In this document: positions 46,889 to 57,036 of the stretch, in pieces
How the letters are laid out: each line of letters opens with the position of its first letter
Numbering within the stretch: the stretch's first letter is position 1
IMG/VR virus record: IMGVR_UViG_3300017990_000016
Reading direction: 5' to 3' (one strand)
DNA length: 64,000 nucleotides
Origin: a virus
Notes under the pieces: model-generated
Told to the model about the DNA's origin: nothing
The model's database searches: none
Seen by the model: the letters and a program-made list of their open reading frames with translations, nothing else
Translations under genes and position numbers: made by a program

Positions 46889-48612
46889 ATAAAAAGCTAT
46901 TAATCACAGGATTGCTATATATAATAATAGTCTCTGTATTTGCCTCCGCAGGAACTTTAATCTCTGGCAACACTGTGCAGATTGATACTTCAAGTCCACA
47001 ATTTGGTGATTACAACTTGTTATTTACATGGAGTACAAGCCCAGCAGCTTCAGATAGTTTAGTAATTACAAGAAATAATTTACCAGCTGGATATGATATT
47101 GATAACAATATAGAGATATTCTTCAATAAACCTGAATTTGAACAAGTATTTGCAGTTTCAGATGAAGAACCTTTGTATAAACCAAGACTACAACATAGAA
47201 CTTATTGGTATTTTCCACAATTTAATTTTGACAGAGCATACGAAAAATGTATTGAAGCTCATCTTGAAGATTTAGATGATAATTACGGTGGTGCTGATTA
47301 CTTACCTGGTGTTGATGCAATTGTTGATTACTCACTTACAGTTTGTGATGTTAGATTTGTATATACTCAAAGTCAAGAAGGATTTTTAGGTGATGTGAAA
47401 TTTAGGTCTTGGAATTATGACCAAGAAATAGAAGTTGGAGATTTAGGAATATTAAATCTTGCCAATGATAAACAAGTTGATAGCAAACCAAATATTGGAA
47501 AAGCAACATTGCTTAATTTTGGACAATGGGTAAATGCAGAATTATCTGACAAAAACATATATGCTTATCAAGGAGTTTTAGAAAGTGATTGGATACCGAT
47601 TGAAAGGTCTGAAGGATTAAACACTTATAATGGAGCACATGATACAATAAGAAGTTTGGTGAATTCTTATGTTGCAAATCCAGGCGGAAAAAATATTTTG
47701 ACACTTGAACAAGAATTGGAAACAGAAATTCAGATTATGAGAGATGAAATTGATGAGATAAAAGCACAAGCAACAACTGAAGTACCTGTAAGTTGGAGAT
47801 ACGCTACTGACGGAGCATACAGTTATTCAGGAAAAAATATTAATGTACCGATTACAGAAAATATACTCACAGCAAATATACAGTTCTTAATTAATGGTGA
47901 TAGTTTTGGTCTAAAAATACCATTGGGAGAACCAGAATTTGTTGATACTGATTTAGGTGATATTGAGTTTGAAGAAACATCAAGAGCTTATATTGATTTC
48001 GATATAAAAAATATTGGAGACGAATATGGCACCTTTCAAATAGTTGGTTCTTGTAATTCTGATAAAGTCAATATTCAAAGTAAAACAAGAGAAAATATAG
48101 CAGCTGGCTCAACTTGGTCTGATGAGATGGAGATAACTGCAATTACAGATAAAGTAACTGAAAGGGAAGAATTTAGTTGTAGCTTAATTGTTAGAGATTT
48201 AAATTCTCAAATTGAAGATGTTGCTAATTTTGGACTAACTGTAATACCAGCTGAATCTTGCGCAGAGGGACAAGAAACACCACCAACATATATTAATGGT
48301 GTGTTGACTGTATACATTTTAGATTCTGCTTGTTCAATAAAAGAAACAAAAACATGTGAAGGAGAAAATAGACATTTTGTACAAGCAGGAACTGGAAAAT
48401 GGGAATGTGTTGATAGTGATGGAGAACTTATACCTCAACCAGTTTGTGGAGATGGATTATGCGAAAATAGTGAGGGCGAAAATGGTATTTATCCTTGTCC
48501 AGATGATTGCGCAGAACCATTAGATAATGTTGCAATAATTGTAACTTTAGTTTTGCTGTTTATATTAGCAATAGGAATTATAGTTGCTGTTGCTATTCAG
48601 AGGAGGAAATAA
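46885..48612 (+). CDS. secreted surface protein with CARDB-like domain and C-terminal TM anchor
   Basis: Signal peptide. DFDIKNIGDEYGTFQIV is CARDB-like. C-terminal VAIIVTLVLLFILAIGIIVAVAIQRRK. Confidence 0.6.
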   Translation: MNKKLLITGLLYIIIVSVFASAGTLISGNTVQIDTSSPQFGDYNLLFTWSTSPAASDSLVITRNNLPAGYDIDNNIEIFFNKPEFEQVFAVSDEEPLYKPRLQHRTYWYFPQFNFDRAYEKCIEAHLEDLDDNYGGADYLPGVDAIVDYSLTVCDVRFVYTQSQEGFLGDVKFRSWNYDQEIEVGDLGILNLANDKQVDSKPNIGKATLLNFGQWVNAELSDKNIYAYQGVLESDWIPIERSEGLNTYNGAHDTIRSLVNSYVANPGGKNILTLEQELETEIQIMRDEIDEIKAQATTEVPVSWRYATDGAYSYSGKNINVPITENILTANIQFLINGDSFGLKIPLGEPEFVDTDLGDIEFEETSRAYIDFDIKNIGDEYGTFQIVGSCNSDKVNIQSKTRENIAAGSTWSDEMEITAITDKVTEREEFSCSLIVRDLNSQIEDVANFGLTVIPAESCAEGQETPPTYINGVLTVYILDSACSIKETKTCEGENRHFVQAGTGKWECVDSDGELIPQPVCGDGLCENSEGENGIYPCPDDCAEPLDNVAIIVTLVLLFILAIGIIVAVAIQRRK

Positions 48613-48613
48613 A

Positions 48614-48829
48614 ATGTGGGTAAGAATACGCGGAAAAAAGTATTTCCTTATTGAAGGGAAATATTCAGGAGAACCATTAATGATATTTTCAGAATCAGAA
48701 GTTAAATCAGCAGAAAAAAGAGCTTATAAAGCTAGAAAATTACACCCAAAAGTAAAAAGGTTAGAAAAAGATTGGGATGAACGAATACCAGAGATTGGCG
48801 GCTATGACCCTGAATTAGATGTGGGCTAA
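48614..48829 (+). CDS. hypothetical small basic protein (start revised)
   Basis: AGGAGGAAATAAAATG, with SD at ideal spacing. Confidence 0.45.
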   Translation: MWVRIRGKKYFLIEGKYSGEPLMIFSESEVKSAEKRAYKARKLHPKVKRLEKDWDERIPEIGGYDPELDVG

Positions 48830-48982
48830 ATGACAACAAAAAAAGAAATAATAAAAGAAATTGAACATTATACAGTTTTTCATAAATTATCAAAAAAAGA
48901 TAAAAGCAGATTAATGAGATTAAGAAAACAAGAACTTCAAAAAATATTGAAAACAAGAAAAAAAGAATTGAGGTCATTTTAA
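48830..48982 (+). CDS. unlisted small basic protein (50 aa)
   Basis: ATG immediately after the upstream TAA. Its stop overlaps the next ATG (TAATG). Confidence 0.3.
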   Translation: MTTKKEIIKEIEHYTVFHKLSKKDKSRLMRLRKQELQKILKTRKKELRSF

Positions 48983-49161
48983 TGGGAAAAGCAAAATATT
49001 ATTTAATTGAAACATTTGACCCAGAACATGCATATATTGTTACAGCGAATAAAACAGTTGCTAAAAATATTATTAAGGAATATAAATCGCAACCTTTTGA
49101 TGTAGAAGAACCTATATTAACAAAAATAAATAAAGATTCAGTCTATATAGAGGCGGATTAA
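48982..49161 (+). CDS. unlisted small protein (59 aa)
   Basis: Coupled start. Ends at TAA just before the 49162 ATG. Confidence 0.3.
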   Translation: MGKAKYYLIETFDPEHAYIVTANKTVAKNIIKEYKSQPFDVEEPILTKINKDSVYIEAD

Positions 49162-49455
49162 ATGGCACAAATATTTCCTTCGATATGGCAATTGTTAATA
49201 CCAAATTTGAATATATTCACTGTACTAGGATTTATCTTATTGATTGTTAGTATAATGTCATTTTTCTCAAGAAGCGAAATTCTAAAAGCACTAGCTCCCT
49301 TTGGTTTAATATTATCTATAGCTATTGTGTGGGGAATAAGCATTATACTAGATTTATTAAAAACTGTAGGCGGAATAATTATAGTTTTTGGCTTATTAAT
49401 TACTGCAATAGTTTATGTGTATATGTTTTATATATGGAAACCAAGGAAAAAATAA
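49162..49455 (+). CDS. three-TM small membrane protein
   Basis: 97 aa. Confidence 0.5.
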   Translation: MAQIFPSIWQLLIPNLNIFTVLGFILLIVSIMSFFSRSEILKALAPFGLILSIAIVWGISIILDLLKTVGGIIIVFGLLITAIVYVYMFYIWKPRKK

Positions 49456-49456
49456 A

Positions 49457-50425
49457 ATGTGTAAATTAGCATTTTCAAAAACAAAAGATGGAACTTCATA
49501 TAGAAAAGCTGTAGCTATGATTAAACATCAAGAAAATGTAGTTGCTGGACATTCTACTGGAATTGCCTGGAAAGATAACCAAGGTGTTCACTTAAGAAAA
49601 GCTATTGGAAAGATAATAAACTTTATGGCTAAATATCCTGATATACCTAATACTAATATGGCTTTAGGCCACTCAAGATTTGCAAGTGTCGGTGAAATAA
49701 ATTTAGAAAATCAACACCCAATAAAAATATTCTATCACGGAAAAAGAATTGGCTATGGAATACATAATGGTACCTGGATGGATTATTACAAATATGAATA
49801 TATGAGAAATCCTAACCTAGTTAATAAGACAGATAGTGCATTACTATTTACTATTTATGGAGATATTCTTGATAAATATGGGAATACAAGAATAAATAGA
49901 ATAAGAGCATTGGCAACAATGGGCAGAATTGCAACAGGTTCATATAGTTATTCTCCCGGTTTTGATGATAATTTTATCATAATGTTTGATGATGGACAAG
50001 TTATATTTGGTGGATGGGAGTTAACTTATAAATCATCTGAAGATAAAGTCGGAATTATGACATTTGGTTTACCAAACAAAGTTGATTCAGATTCTGTTTA
50101 TGAAGTTGCAGGGTTTAATATTAACAAATATAAATTTAATGATTTCAGAAATTATGTATTGAAACCAAAAGAACAATGGTACCAAGACACTGAAACAGAA
50201 TTAACTTGTAGCACAGAAAGATGTTCAAAAATCATAAGACTTGAAGGCAAAAGTTGGAAGCTAGTAAGTAATAATTTTAAGACAAGACCAGCAGCTAAAC
50301 TTTATGCTGAGATGACAAAAGATAGATATGGTATTAATTATAGAGTACTAAGAAACAGGAACGGCAGATGGAGCTTATATACGGAGTATACAAAAAATGG
50401 TAGCAACTTGGCATGTACTTATTAA
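49457..50425 (+). CDS. class-II (Ntn) glutamine amidotransferase-like protein
   Basis: Starts Met-Cys (MCKLAF), so Cys1 is exposed after Met removal. ALGHSRFASVGEINLENQHP matches the GATase-II signature (IAHTRWATHGEPSEVNAHP in GlmS). Confidence 0.6.
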   Translation: MCKLAFSKTKDGTSYRKAVAMIKHQENVVAGHSTGIAWKDNQGVHLRKAIGKIINFMAKYPDIPNTNMALGHSRFASVGEINLENQHPIKIFYHGKRIGYGIHNGTWMDYYKYEYMRNPNLVNKTDSALLFTIYGDILDKYGNTRINRIRALATMGRIATGSYSYSPGFDDNFIIMFDDGQVIFGGWELTYKSSEDKVGIMTFGLPNKVDSDSVYEVAGFNINKYKFNDFRNYVLKPKEQWYQDTETELTCSTERCSKIIRLEGKSWKLVSNNFKTRPAAKLYAEMTKDRYGINYRVLRNRNGRWSLYTEYTKNGSNLACTY

Positions 50426-51371
50426 TGTAACTGATAATCACAGAAAATATTATTCTGCTGAAAAAAGAGATGGTGCATATACAGGTAGAGTTGTATTTGG
50501 AAGAATAGGTATTTCAAGAAGAATAATGCAATATCCAGATGAGTTTACTGTTCGTCAAAAGATTGCTAGAAAATTAAACGAAGGTTATGTTGAATTATAC
50601 ACAAGTCATACTCAAGGTTTTGTAAGAAATAATGATGTAGCACAATTTAGTGGACCTACTACTAATCCAAGAGCAAGATATGCTCAAGCAGCAGTGAGAA
50701 GGAGAAGAACAACAAGAAGACCAAGCACAGTCAATTTTCAACCTCCAGATTTTCAACCTCCTGCTTATTCTGTTGATAGACAAGGATATATAAGAAAATA
50801 CCGTTCTAATTATAAAAGAAATACTCCTCAATCTTCGCAAACTGCTAGAAGAGCGCAATATAATGTTTATACAAAAACAAATTTCTCAGGAAATAGAACT
50901 CTTGAAACTAAAGCAAAAGAATTTCACGATAGTATTCCAGATAGTCAAGTAAATACAAAAGTACCATTTGGATATGGAAATGGAGAAACTTTTGGTAGAG
51001 ATGTACCAAAGCATTTTTATGTTACAAAGGATAGAGTTTTTGTTGCAGCTTTTGCAGCTGCTAGGAATGGTGAATGTAAATTTTTCTATATAAAATCTGA
51101 TGCCTCAAATTATTCTGAGATTATAGATGTAATGTTTAAAAAAATTGTTAATAGAGCAGATAGCGGAAATTATATTACTATTAATATTGCTAGTGAGACA
51201 GCAAAAGATAAACTTGAGTCTTATTTGAATAATAAGAATATAACCTTTTCTATTCAAAGCAGAGCAGCTTATTGGCAGTTTGTAATAAATAGAACGTTAG
51301 CCACAAGACGCATTGTGGAACAATCAAATAGACAAGTAATATCCAGAATCAGTAGGTGGCAAGACTTATGA
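50397..51371 (+). CDS. WGR-domain protein with Arg-rich linker
   Basis: WHVLINVTDNHRKYYSAEKRDGAYTGRVVFGRIG...EGYVEL fits the WGR domain pattern. Followed by RRRRTTRR and a domain of unknown function. Confidence 0.55.
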   Translation: MVATWHVLINVTDNHRKYYSAEKRDGAYTGRVVFGRIGISRRIMQYPDEFTVRQKIARKLNEGYVELYTSHTQGFVRNNDVAQFSGPTTNPRARYAQAAVRRRRTTRRPSTVNFQPPDFQPPAYSVDRQGYIRKYRSNYKRNTPQSSQTARRAQYNVYTKTNFSGNRTLETKAKEFHDSIPDSQVNTKVPFGYGNGETFGRDVPKHFYVTKDRVFVAAFAAARNGECKFFYIKSDASNYSEIIDVMFKKIVNRADSGNYITINIASETAKDKLESYLNNKNITFSIQSRAAYWQFVINRTLATRRIVEQSNRQVISRISRWQDL

Positions 51372-53689
51372 CAATAAAATGGGGTTTTGGAGTTGAAAAA
51401 GAAACAGTACTTATTGGTTACGATGACCCATTAAAAGAATTTACTTACAAAACAAGGTCTGGAGCTAGATTAAATTATGGCCCTGAAAGTTCAGGAATAA
51501 GAATGGGAGAATTTGGATATATGGGTGGTGATAGTACAGTTATTTCTAGTACTGGTGGTTATGGTTATGAATTTGCTACAAGAGGAGCTAGAGTAACAAA
51601 AGACCCAAAACAAACTATAATAGGTTTTGCAAAAGAAGTAGAAGCTGCAGCACAAAGTGAAGTTACACCAGCAAGAGCAAACAAAAGAAGTATACCATTT
51701 GGCACTGTACCAACAATACCCAGATATTCAGGCAATGTACCTGGAAGTTATCATATTCATTTAACTATGCCTTATGACTCAACTAAATTACCAGTTAGAC
51801 CTGAAAATTTAGAATATTGGAAAAAATACAAAGAAAAGTTATTGATAGGACTACAATGTCTTAGAGTAATACAACCATTAATATTAAGTGTTACTGGTGG
51901 AACAAGTTCACAATCAATAGGAAATCCTGAACATCTTGAAGCAAGTGAAAGACAATTATATATTTCAGGCGCATCTGGAATTGGAAATGTCAAGTTAACT
52001 CCGGGTTCTGATGCTGCAAGGAATATAATGGGCGCAAGAAGTTCTGGACACCACGGTTCAACTCAAAGAGCAATTTGGAGAAGTAATTTGCAAAGAGAGT
52101 TTAGAGATGTTGGTTCTTCTTCTTTTTATGATATATCACCAGAAAATAGAGTTGCTGGAATACCAACGATTGAACTTAGATTTTTAGACACTTTTGATAC
52201 TCGAGGATTGTATGATGTATTTCGCACAATATGTCTTTGTCTTGCCCACGGAGACAATATGACTACATTACATACTGACCCAGTAAAAAGCAAAGCTTGG
52301 TCTGATTCAATGGAATCAGTAGCAAAAGAAGGTTGGAATGCATATTTACCTACAGACTATATTATATATATTAAACGTAAGTTAAAAATTAAGATACCAA
52401 TTCCAAGAAAATCTAAAGTAATTCGTGCAGATATTTTGCTTAGACAAGTTACTGAAGCATTGTGGGCAGAAAATAAAAATGATAGCTGGATAAAATCTTG
52501 GACAAGAGAAACAACTAAACCTTATATTCATAATTTTAACAAAGATAGCTGGGAGTTTTATATGATTATGGCTATGAAAGAAAATCAGGCATTAAGAAAT
52601 AAATTCTTTAAGTTTTTAATGATTATTGATAAAATAGATTCAAGGTCATCAACTGGAAAATTAAAGGTTAGATGGGAACAAAACAAATATGGAATAAGAG
52701 ATATTATACTTGATGATGATGTGATTGGCATTGATTTTGGAGCAGAAGATACTGAAGATTTATTACACTTTATGTCAAGATATAAATTCATAACTTTACA
52801 TTTTGACAATGATGGCAAAGTAGATTATATTAAAAAATCATTCAATGATAAAGATGATGCAATTAGATTAATGAAGAATATGCTTAATGAAAAGAATATG
52901 CTTAATGAAAGTGAGAATGGTTTATTGGCAATCAGTGAAGAAGAAAGGGAATCTGTTGAAGATGAAGTCGGAGAAGAAATACAAGAAGAACAAGAAGTAA
53001 GAACTGAACGAGTAAGAGAAGTTGGCGAAATAAGATTAGCTGATGTTGCAATATCACTGTCAAGAGTTGAAAGCGAAGATGCAAGCAATATGCTTGAAGA
53101 TATGAAAAATGTAATTAATTCGTGTCAATTTAGAAAAGGTGGCATTGTACAAAATATGCAATCAATTGAATATGCTACAATTACACATTCTCCTACTAGA
53201 ACAGAAATCTTTTGTTTTTGGAAAAGAGTAAATAATTCAACAGTAAAAATGTATGTACACCCTAATTTTGCACAAAGTTTATCATTAACTAATTGGAAAA
53301 CAAGAATGAAAACTAAAATGAGGTCTATACATTCTCTAACTAGAGTAACTACATTTCAAGATGAACTTACAAATACACAATTTTTCAATAAAATACAAAG
53401 AGTTATTGAAACAATTCCTGTAGGCAAAAGAAAATCAGTAATTGAATTATCAAGAGCTGGAGTTAAGAGATTAAATAATATGGGTGTATATATTGTCAGT
53501 TATAATAGAGGAGAAAAATACTTTATTGCCAATAAGCAAAAAGTTTCTCAGTTAAGAAGACAATATAGAAAGAACTTAAAAAATCTAAAATATATACCGT
53601 ACCAAAAAAATTATTATGTTGAATATACTGGTAATTCATTGTTGCTGAAACAATCAGGTGTAACAAAAGATAAGCTGGTGGTAAAATGA
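51356..53689 (+). CDS. GCS2/glutamine-synthetase-fold carboxylate-amine ligase (amidoligase) domain protein with large C-terminal extension
   Basis: N-terminal WGFGVEKETVLIGYDD (the GvE.E..lvD motif). IELRFLDTFDT matches the GCS2 hiElRvlD motif. 777 aa. Confidence 0.55.
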   Translation: MARLMTIKWGFGVEKETVLIGYDDPLKEFTYKTRSGARLNYGPESSGIRMGEFGYMGGDSTVISSTGGYGYEFATRGARVTKDPKQTIIGFAKEVEAAAQSEVTPARANKRSIPFGTVPTIPRYSGNVPGSYHIHLTMPYDSTKLPVRPENLEYWKKYKEKLLIGLQCLRVIQPLILSVTGGTSSQSIGNPEHLEASERQLYISGASGIGNVKLTPGSDAARNIMGARSSGHHGSTQRAIWRSNLQREFRDVGSSSFYDISPENRVAGIPTIELRFLDTFDTRGLYDVFRTICLCLAHGDNMTTLHTDPVKSKAWSDSMESVAKEGWNAYLPTDYIIYIKRKLKIKIPIPRKSKVIRADILLRQVTEALWAENKNDSWIKSWTRETTKPYIHNFNKDSWEFYMIMAMKENQALRNKFFKFLMIIDKIDSRSSTGKLKVRWEQNKYGIRDIILDDDVIGIDFGAEDTEDLLHFMSRYKFITLHFDNDGKVDYIKKSFNDKDDAIRLMKNMLNEKNMLNESENGLLAISEEERESVEDEVGEEIQEEQEVRTERVREVGEIRLADVAISLSRVESEDASNMLEDMKNVINSCQFRKGGIVQNMQSIEYATITHSPTRTEIFCFWKRVNNSTVKMYVHPNFAQSLSLTNWKTRMKTKMRSIHSLTRVTTFQDELTNTQFFNKIQRVIETIPVGKRKSVIELSRAGVKRLNNMGVYIVSYNRGEKYFIANKQKVSQLRRQYRKNLKNLKYIPYQKNYYVEYTGNSLLLKQSGVTKDKLVVK

Positions 53690-53958
53690 GAAATACAGAT
53701 ATACCTTTAGTATATAGATATGAAATTAGAATAAAATTTTATGATGATGATTTTAATGTCAGAAAAGTAAAAACAGAATTATATAGATTAAGAAAACATG
53801 CAGAAGAAAGAGCAGAACAAATAAAAAGAGAACATACAAGATTGAAAATTATCAGTACAATAGATATAATAAGACTTGAAGATAGAGAAGTAATAAATAC
53901 GGTGATGTCTAAACATGCCAAGCAGAAGAAGGGTAGGAGCTCATATAAGAGGAAATAG
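53686..53958 (+). CDS. hypothetical small basic protein
   Basis: 90-aa ORF, translationally coupled. Confidence 0.4.
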   Translation: MRNTDIPLVYRYEIRIKFYDDDFNVRKVKTELYRLRKHAEERAEQIKREHTRLKIISTIDIIRLEDREVINTVMSKHAKQKKGRSSYKRK

Positions 53959-54802
53959 TATAGTTGGAAATAAACAAAGGTTGAATGAAAAAGCTATAAA
54001 GGTGTTAGCTGCAATTAAATTCCATCCTAGTAGTATCACTCGCGAAGAGATTATGTTGAATTCTAATTTGGAAGCAGAAGATGTTGAAAGACAAGTTAGA
54101 TTATTATTGAATTATGGACTAATAAATAATCATAGTAGATTTCCACCATTTCCAAGAGAAGGTTGGAGAGTATTTACTTCTCCAGAAAAGCATACTGAAA
54201 TTGTCAAGATTCTAAAAGACCACGGTTATGAAGATGAAGCAACAAGAGAAACTAGAGAAGGTTTAGGTGGTTATTTTCCTACTGGTTTAGAATTGGAAGG
54301 AACAGGAAGACAACCAAATCGCGGTAGAGATTATCCACCAATAGTACCAATTAATGAACAACTTGAATATAAGTCAGAAACATTAAGTGTGATGAGAAAG
54401 TTCAGAGATGAGAAAAAACCTTTTAGACCAAAACAATATTCAGATGAAGCAAAAGAAAGTAAGCTTAAGAAATTTAAATGGTTATCAGAAGAACTATCAA
54501 GAATATACGAAATTCCAGCACCAGAAGTTGAGATTGGAATAATGGATGAAGAAACTTGGAAAACACCTTCATCATCGGGAAGCTCTTATTATACTAACAT
54601 AAATCATAAAATCATTATGGAAGGTAGGTTTAGTGTGATTACTTTCCTTCATGAATATGCACATGCAAGAGGATTTGACGAGACTGATGCTACAATTTGG
54701 TCAGCAAATCTATTCAAAAGAATATTCCCAGTTTCTTATTCTAAACTTGAGAGAAGTGCTCATACTTTGGTACAACCAGGGCCAGCACCTTTTGAACTAT
54801 AG
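53915..54802 (+). CDS. winged-helix + HExxH zinc-metallopeptidase-like protein
   Basis: N-terminal wHTH-like ITREEIMLNS...VRLLLNYGLI. C-terminal ITFLHEYAHARGFDETD matches HExxH. Confidence 0.5.
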   Translation: MPSRRRVGAHIRGNSIVGNKQRLNEKAIKVLAAIKFHPSSITREEIMLNSNLEAEDVERQVRLLLNYGLINNHSRFPPFPREGWRVFTSPEKHTEIVKILKDHGYEDEATRETREGLGGYFPTGLELEGTGRQPNRGRDYPPIVPINEQLEYKSETLSVMRKFRDEKKPFRPKQYSDEAKESKLKKFKWLSEELSRIYEIPAPEVEIGIMDEETWKTPSSSGSSYYTNINHKIIMEGRFSVITFLHEYAHARGFDETDATIWSANLFKRIFPVSYSKLERSAHTLVQPGPAPFEL

Positions 54803-54851
54803 TTCAATTAAAATTGGAAAATATTATAAACTTTCAATATATATTATTTAT

Positions 54852-55769
54852 ATGGAACATAAACCCGAAACTTTAGAATATGCAAAATATCTTCATAAAG
54901 TCAGGAAGAAAAATGGAGATAATTTAGTCAATTCTACTATAGAAAGATATTGTGACATTATTGATTCTACAATTATTGAGCTAAATAGAAATAAAGGTAA
55001 TGAAGAAAAAATATTAGAACTTATGAATAGAAATATTATAAAAAAGAAAAGTATGATTTTGTATTCAGCTTTTCGATACTATTTATTATATATAGGATAT
55101 GATTTAGATTATGATAAAGAAAAGATATTTGATAAATTAAGAGCTCCAAGAACAAATGCAAACGCAGCATCATCTAAAAGATTTTTGCAAAGTAAAGTTC
55201 TTAGTAAAGGAGAATTGAAAAGATTATTCGCAGAAACTGAAGATATGAAAATGAAATTACTATTATCTATGCTATATGATACTGCATGCAGAAGAGATGA
55301 ATTATTGAATATCAAATTTGAAGATATTGTTGAATCTAATGAAGAAGATAGAAAACATGGTATTTATGCACAGATTCATATTATGGGTAAGGGCAAAAAA
55401 GCAAGAACTGTATATTTAACATCATTATCATATAGGTTATTGAATAGAGTATTCAAAGAAAAAGATTCAAAACAAAGACTATTTATATTTTATAAGGTTG
55501 ATGGAACAACACCAAAAGTAAAACAGGATGATGCTTTATATTTTAAGATAAGAAGTTTAGGAAAAAATATATTAGATAGACATATACATCCGCATTGTTT
55601 TAGACATACAAAGTTAACTCATATGGCAGATGATGGAGCAGATTTATTAGAAATTGCCGGATATGCAGGACATGAAGATGTTAGCACATCACAAATATAT
55701 ATTGAAATTTCAACACATATTGGAAAAAGAGGTTTTATAAAAACTGTAAAACCTATTGCGGAGGTATAA
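54852..55769 (+). CDS. tyrosine recombinase / integrase
   Basis: Catalytic tetrad context: TACRRDEL (R), KGKKARTVYL (K), HPHCFRHT (H-x-x-R), GHEDVSTSQIYIE (Y). Start set at MEHKPETLEY. Confidence 0.85.
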   Translation: MEHKPETLEYAKYLHKVRKKNGDNLVNSTIERYCDIIDSTIIELNRNKGNEEKILELMNRNIIKKKSMILYSAFRYYLLYIGYDLDYDKEKIFDKLRAPRTNANAASSKRFLQSKVLSKGELKRLFAETEDMKMKLLLSMLYDTACRRDELLNIKFEDIVESNEEDRKHGIYAQIHIMGKGKKARTVYLTSLSYRLLNRVFKEKDSKQRLFIFYKVDGTTPKVKQDDALYFKIRSLGKNILDRHIHPHCFRHTKLTHMADDGADLLEIAGYAGHEDVSTSQIYIEISTHIGKRGFIKTVKPIAEV

Positions 55770-55770
55770 A

Positions 55771-56076
55771 ATGGGAATCTTATGCACACAAGAAAACAAT
55801 GGAAAAACTTGGATAATTAGAGTAAGAGAAAAGTGGACAATATTAAATAGAGAAGAGTTAGATAAAATATCGGCAGAAATGCTTAACTTAGGGTTATCAT
55901 TTACTGTAACACCAAGTTTTGAATGCTTTATAATGCAATTTGTTGATTCTAAAATTGAATTCAAAGATGATTACAGAAAATTCAAAAATGCTCTTGATAC
56001 TATAATAGAAATAAAGGATAAAGCAGTAAAAGCAGCACCGGTAGAAGGGATAGCTAATGGAAATAAAAGTAAATAA
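55771..56076 (+). CDS. hypothetical protein
   Basis: GAGG then ATG. 101 aa. Confidence 0.45.
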   Translation: MGILCTQENNGKTWIIRVREKWTILNREELDKISAEMLNLGLSFTVTPSFECFIMQFVDSKIEFKDDYRKFKNALDTIIEIKDKAVKAAPVEGIANGNKSK

Positions 56077-56347
56077 TGATATTTGTTGGATGTGCGGTGG
56101 TGATAAAAACTTAACATATCATCATGTAATTCCACAAACATTTAAACCAGTAAATAATGTATGCATACCTTTATGTAGAGATTGTCATGATAGATTGCAT
56201 GAATTTGATGGTACATTAACAATGAGACATTTGAATAAAACTTTAAGAGGAATTGATGATGTAAAAAAATCGCTAGGTTTAATCAAGAAAAATCTTGATG
56301 TTCAAACTATAGGAACGATAGTACTAAATAAGCAAAAGAAAAAATGA
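56057..56347 (+). CDS. HNH endonuclease
   Basis: CWMCGG...HHVIPQ...CIPLCRDCHDRLH. Confidence 0.6.
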   Translation: MEIKVNNDICWMCGGDKNLTYHHVIPQTFKPVNNVCIPLCRDCHDRLHEFDGTLTMRHLNKTLRGIDDVKKSLGLIKKNLDVQTIGTIVLNKQKKK

Positions 56348-56856
56348 AAGGATTAGTTTTTATATTCAAAAAAATAGGTGTAATTTTTGGATGGTTAGCT
56401 AATTTCTTTGTTGCTCACCCAAATGTATTTTTTGGTTGGGTATTAGGATTGTTTTTGTTTTGGACTTTTCTATTCAATTTATTTACTCAAGGTTTTGTAT
56501 TTGCAATTACTGAACTTGCTCATTCTGTATTAGGAGCTGAACATGTAATTCACGAAAATGTAACATTAGCAATCAATAATGCACCAGAATATGGAGTCTT
56601 TGAATTTGTAGAAATTTGGATGTCTTTCATGATAATATGGTTTTTAGTAAAAAAGATAGCAGAATTGATACATGGGTTTTCGGGAGCACAAGCTCCATAT
56701 GGAGCAATCTTTATTGCAATAGTAATAGTAGCAATAATAGAATTTTCAGCAGTTACAATAATAAATTGGGAGTTTTCTTTTGTTCCAATAAAAGATGGAA
56801 TTATTTATTTAATATTCAATTTGCAGCCAGTATTTTCTAATATACATTTCTTTTAA
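56344..56856 (+). CDS. multi-TM membrane protein
   Basis: 170 aa with 4-5 TM helices. Confidence 0.5.
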   Translation: MKGLVFIFKKIGVIFGWLANFFVAHPNVFFGWVLGLFLFWTFLFNLFTQGFVFAITELAHSVLGAEHVIHENVTLAINNAPEYGVFEFVEIWMSFMIIWFLVKKIAELIHGFSGAQAPYGAIFIAIVIVAIIEFSAVTIINWEFSFVPIKDGIIYLIFNLQPVFSNIHFF

Positions 56857-56911
56857 TTAACTAAAAGTATAAAAAATCTATATAAATAATGTGATTCGAT
56901 ATTACAACTAT

Positions 56912-57027
56912 CTACAGACTAAGAAACGTCTACTGTAGTTCATGACGGATTGGAAGTCAGTAAGGTTATTGTAGAACCTCCATTTTGCAATTTCCGAGCA
57001 AACTTGCCGTCATGAAGACGAAGGAGG
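56912..57027 (+). promoter_or_regulatory. structured leader: hairpin (56912-56938), then 9-bp inverted repeat tcatgacgg/ccgtcatga spanning 56940-57015, then AGGAGG SD at 57022-57027
   Basis: ctacagac/gtctactgtag stem with taagaaac loop. Perfect 9-bp IR separated by 58 nt with internal complementarity. Canonical SD 9 nt before the ATG at 57037. Confidence 0.35.
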
Positions 57028-57036
57028 AAAACAAAA

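Noticed and set aside
56881-56900. TCGAATC (T-loop-like) on the minus strand as part of a tRNA
   Set aside because: Flanks are AT-rich with no stems. Cloverleaf impossible.
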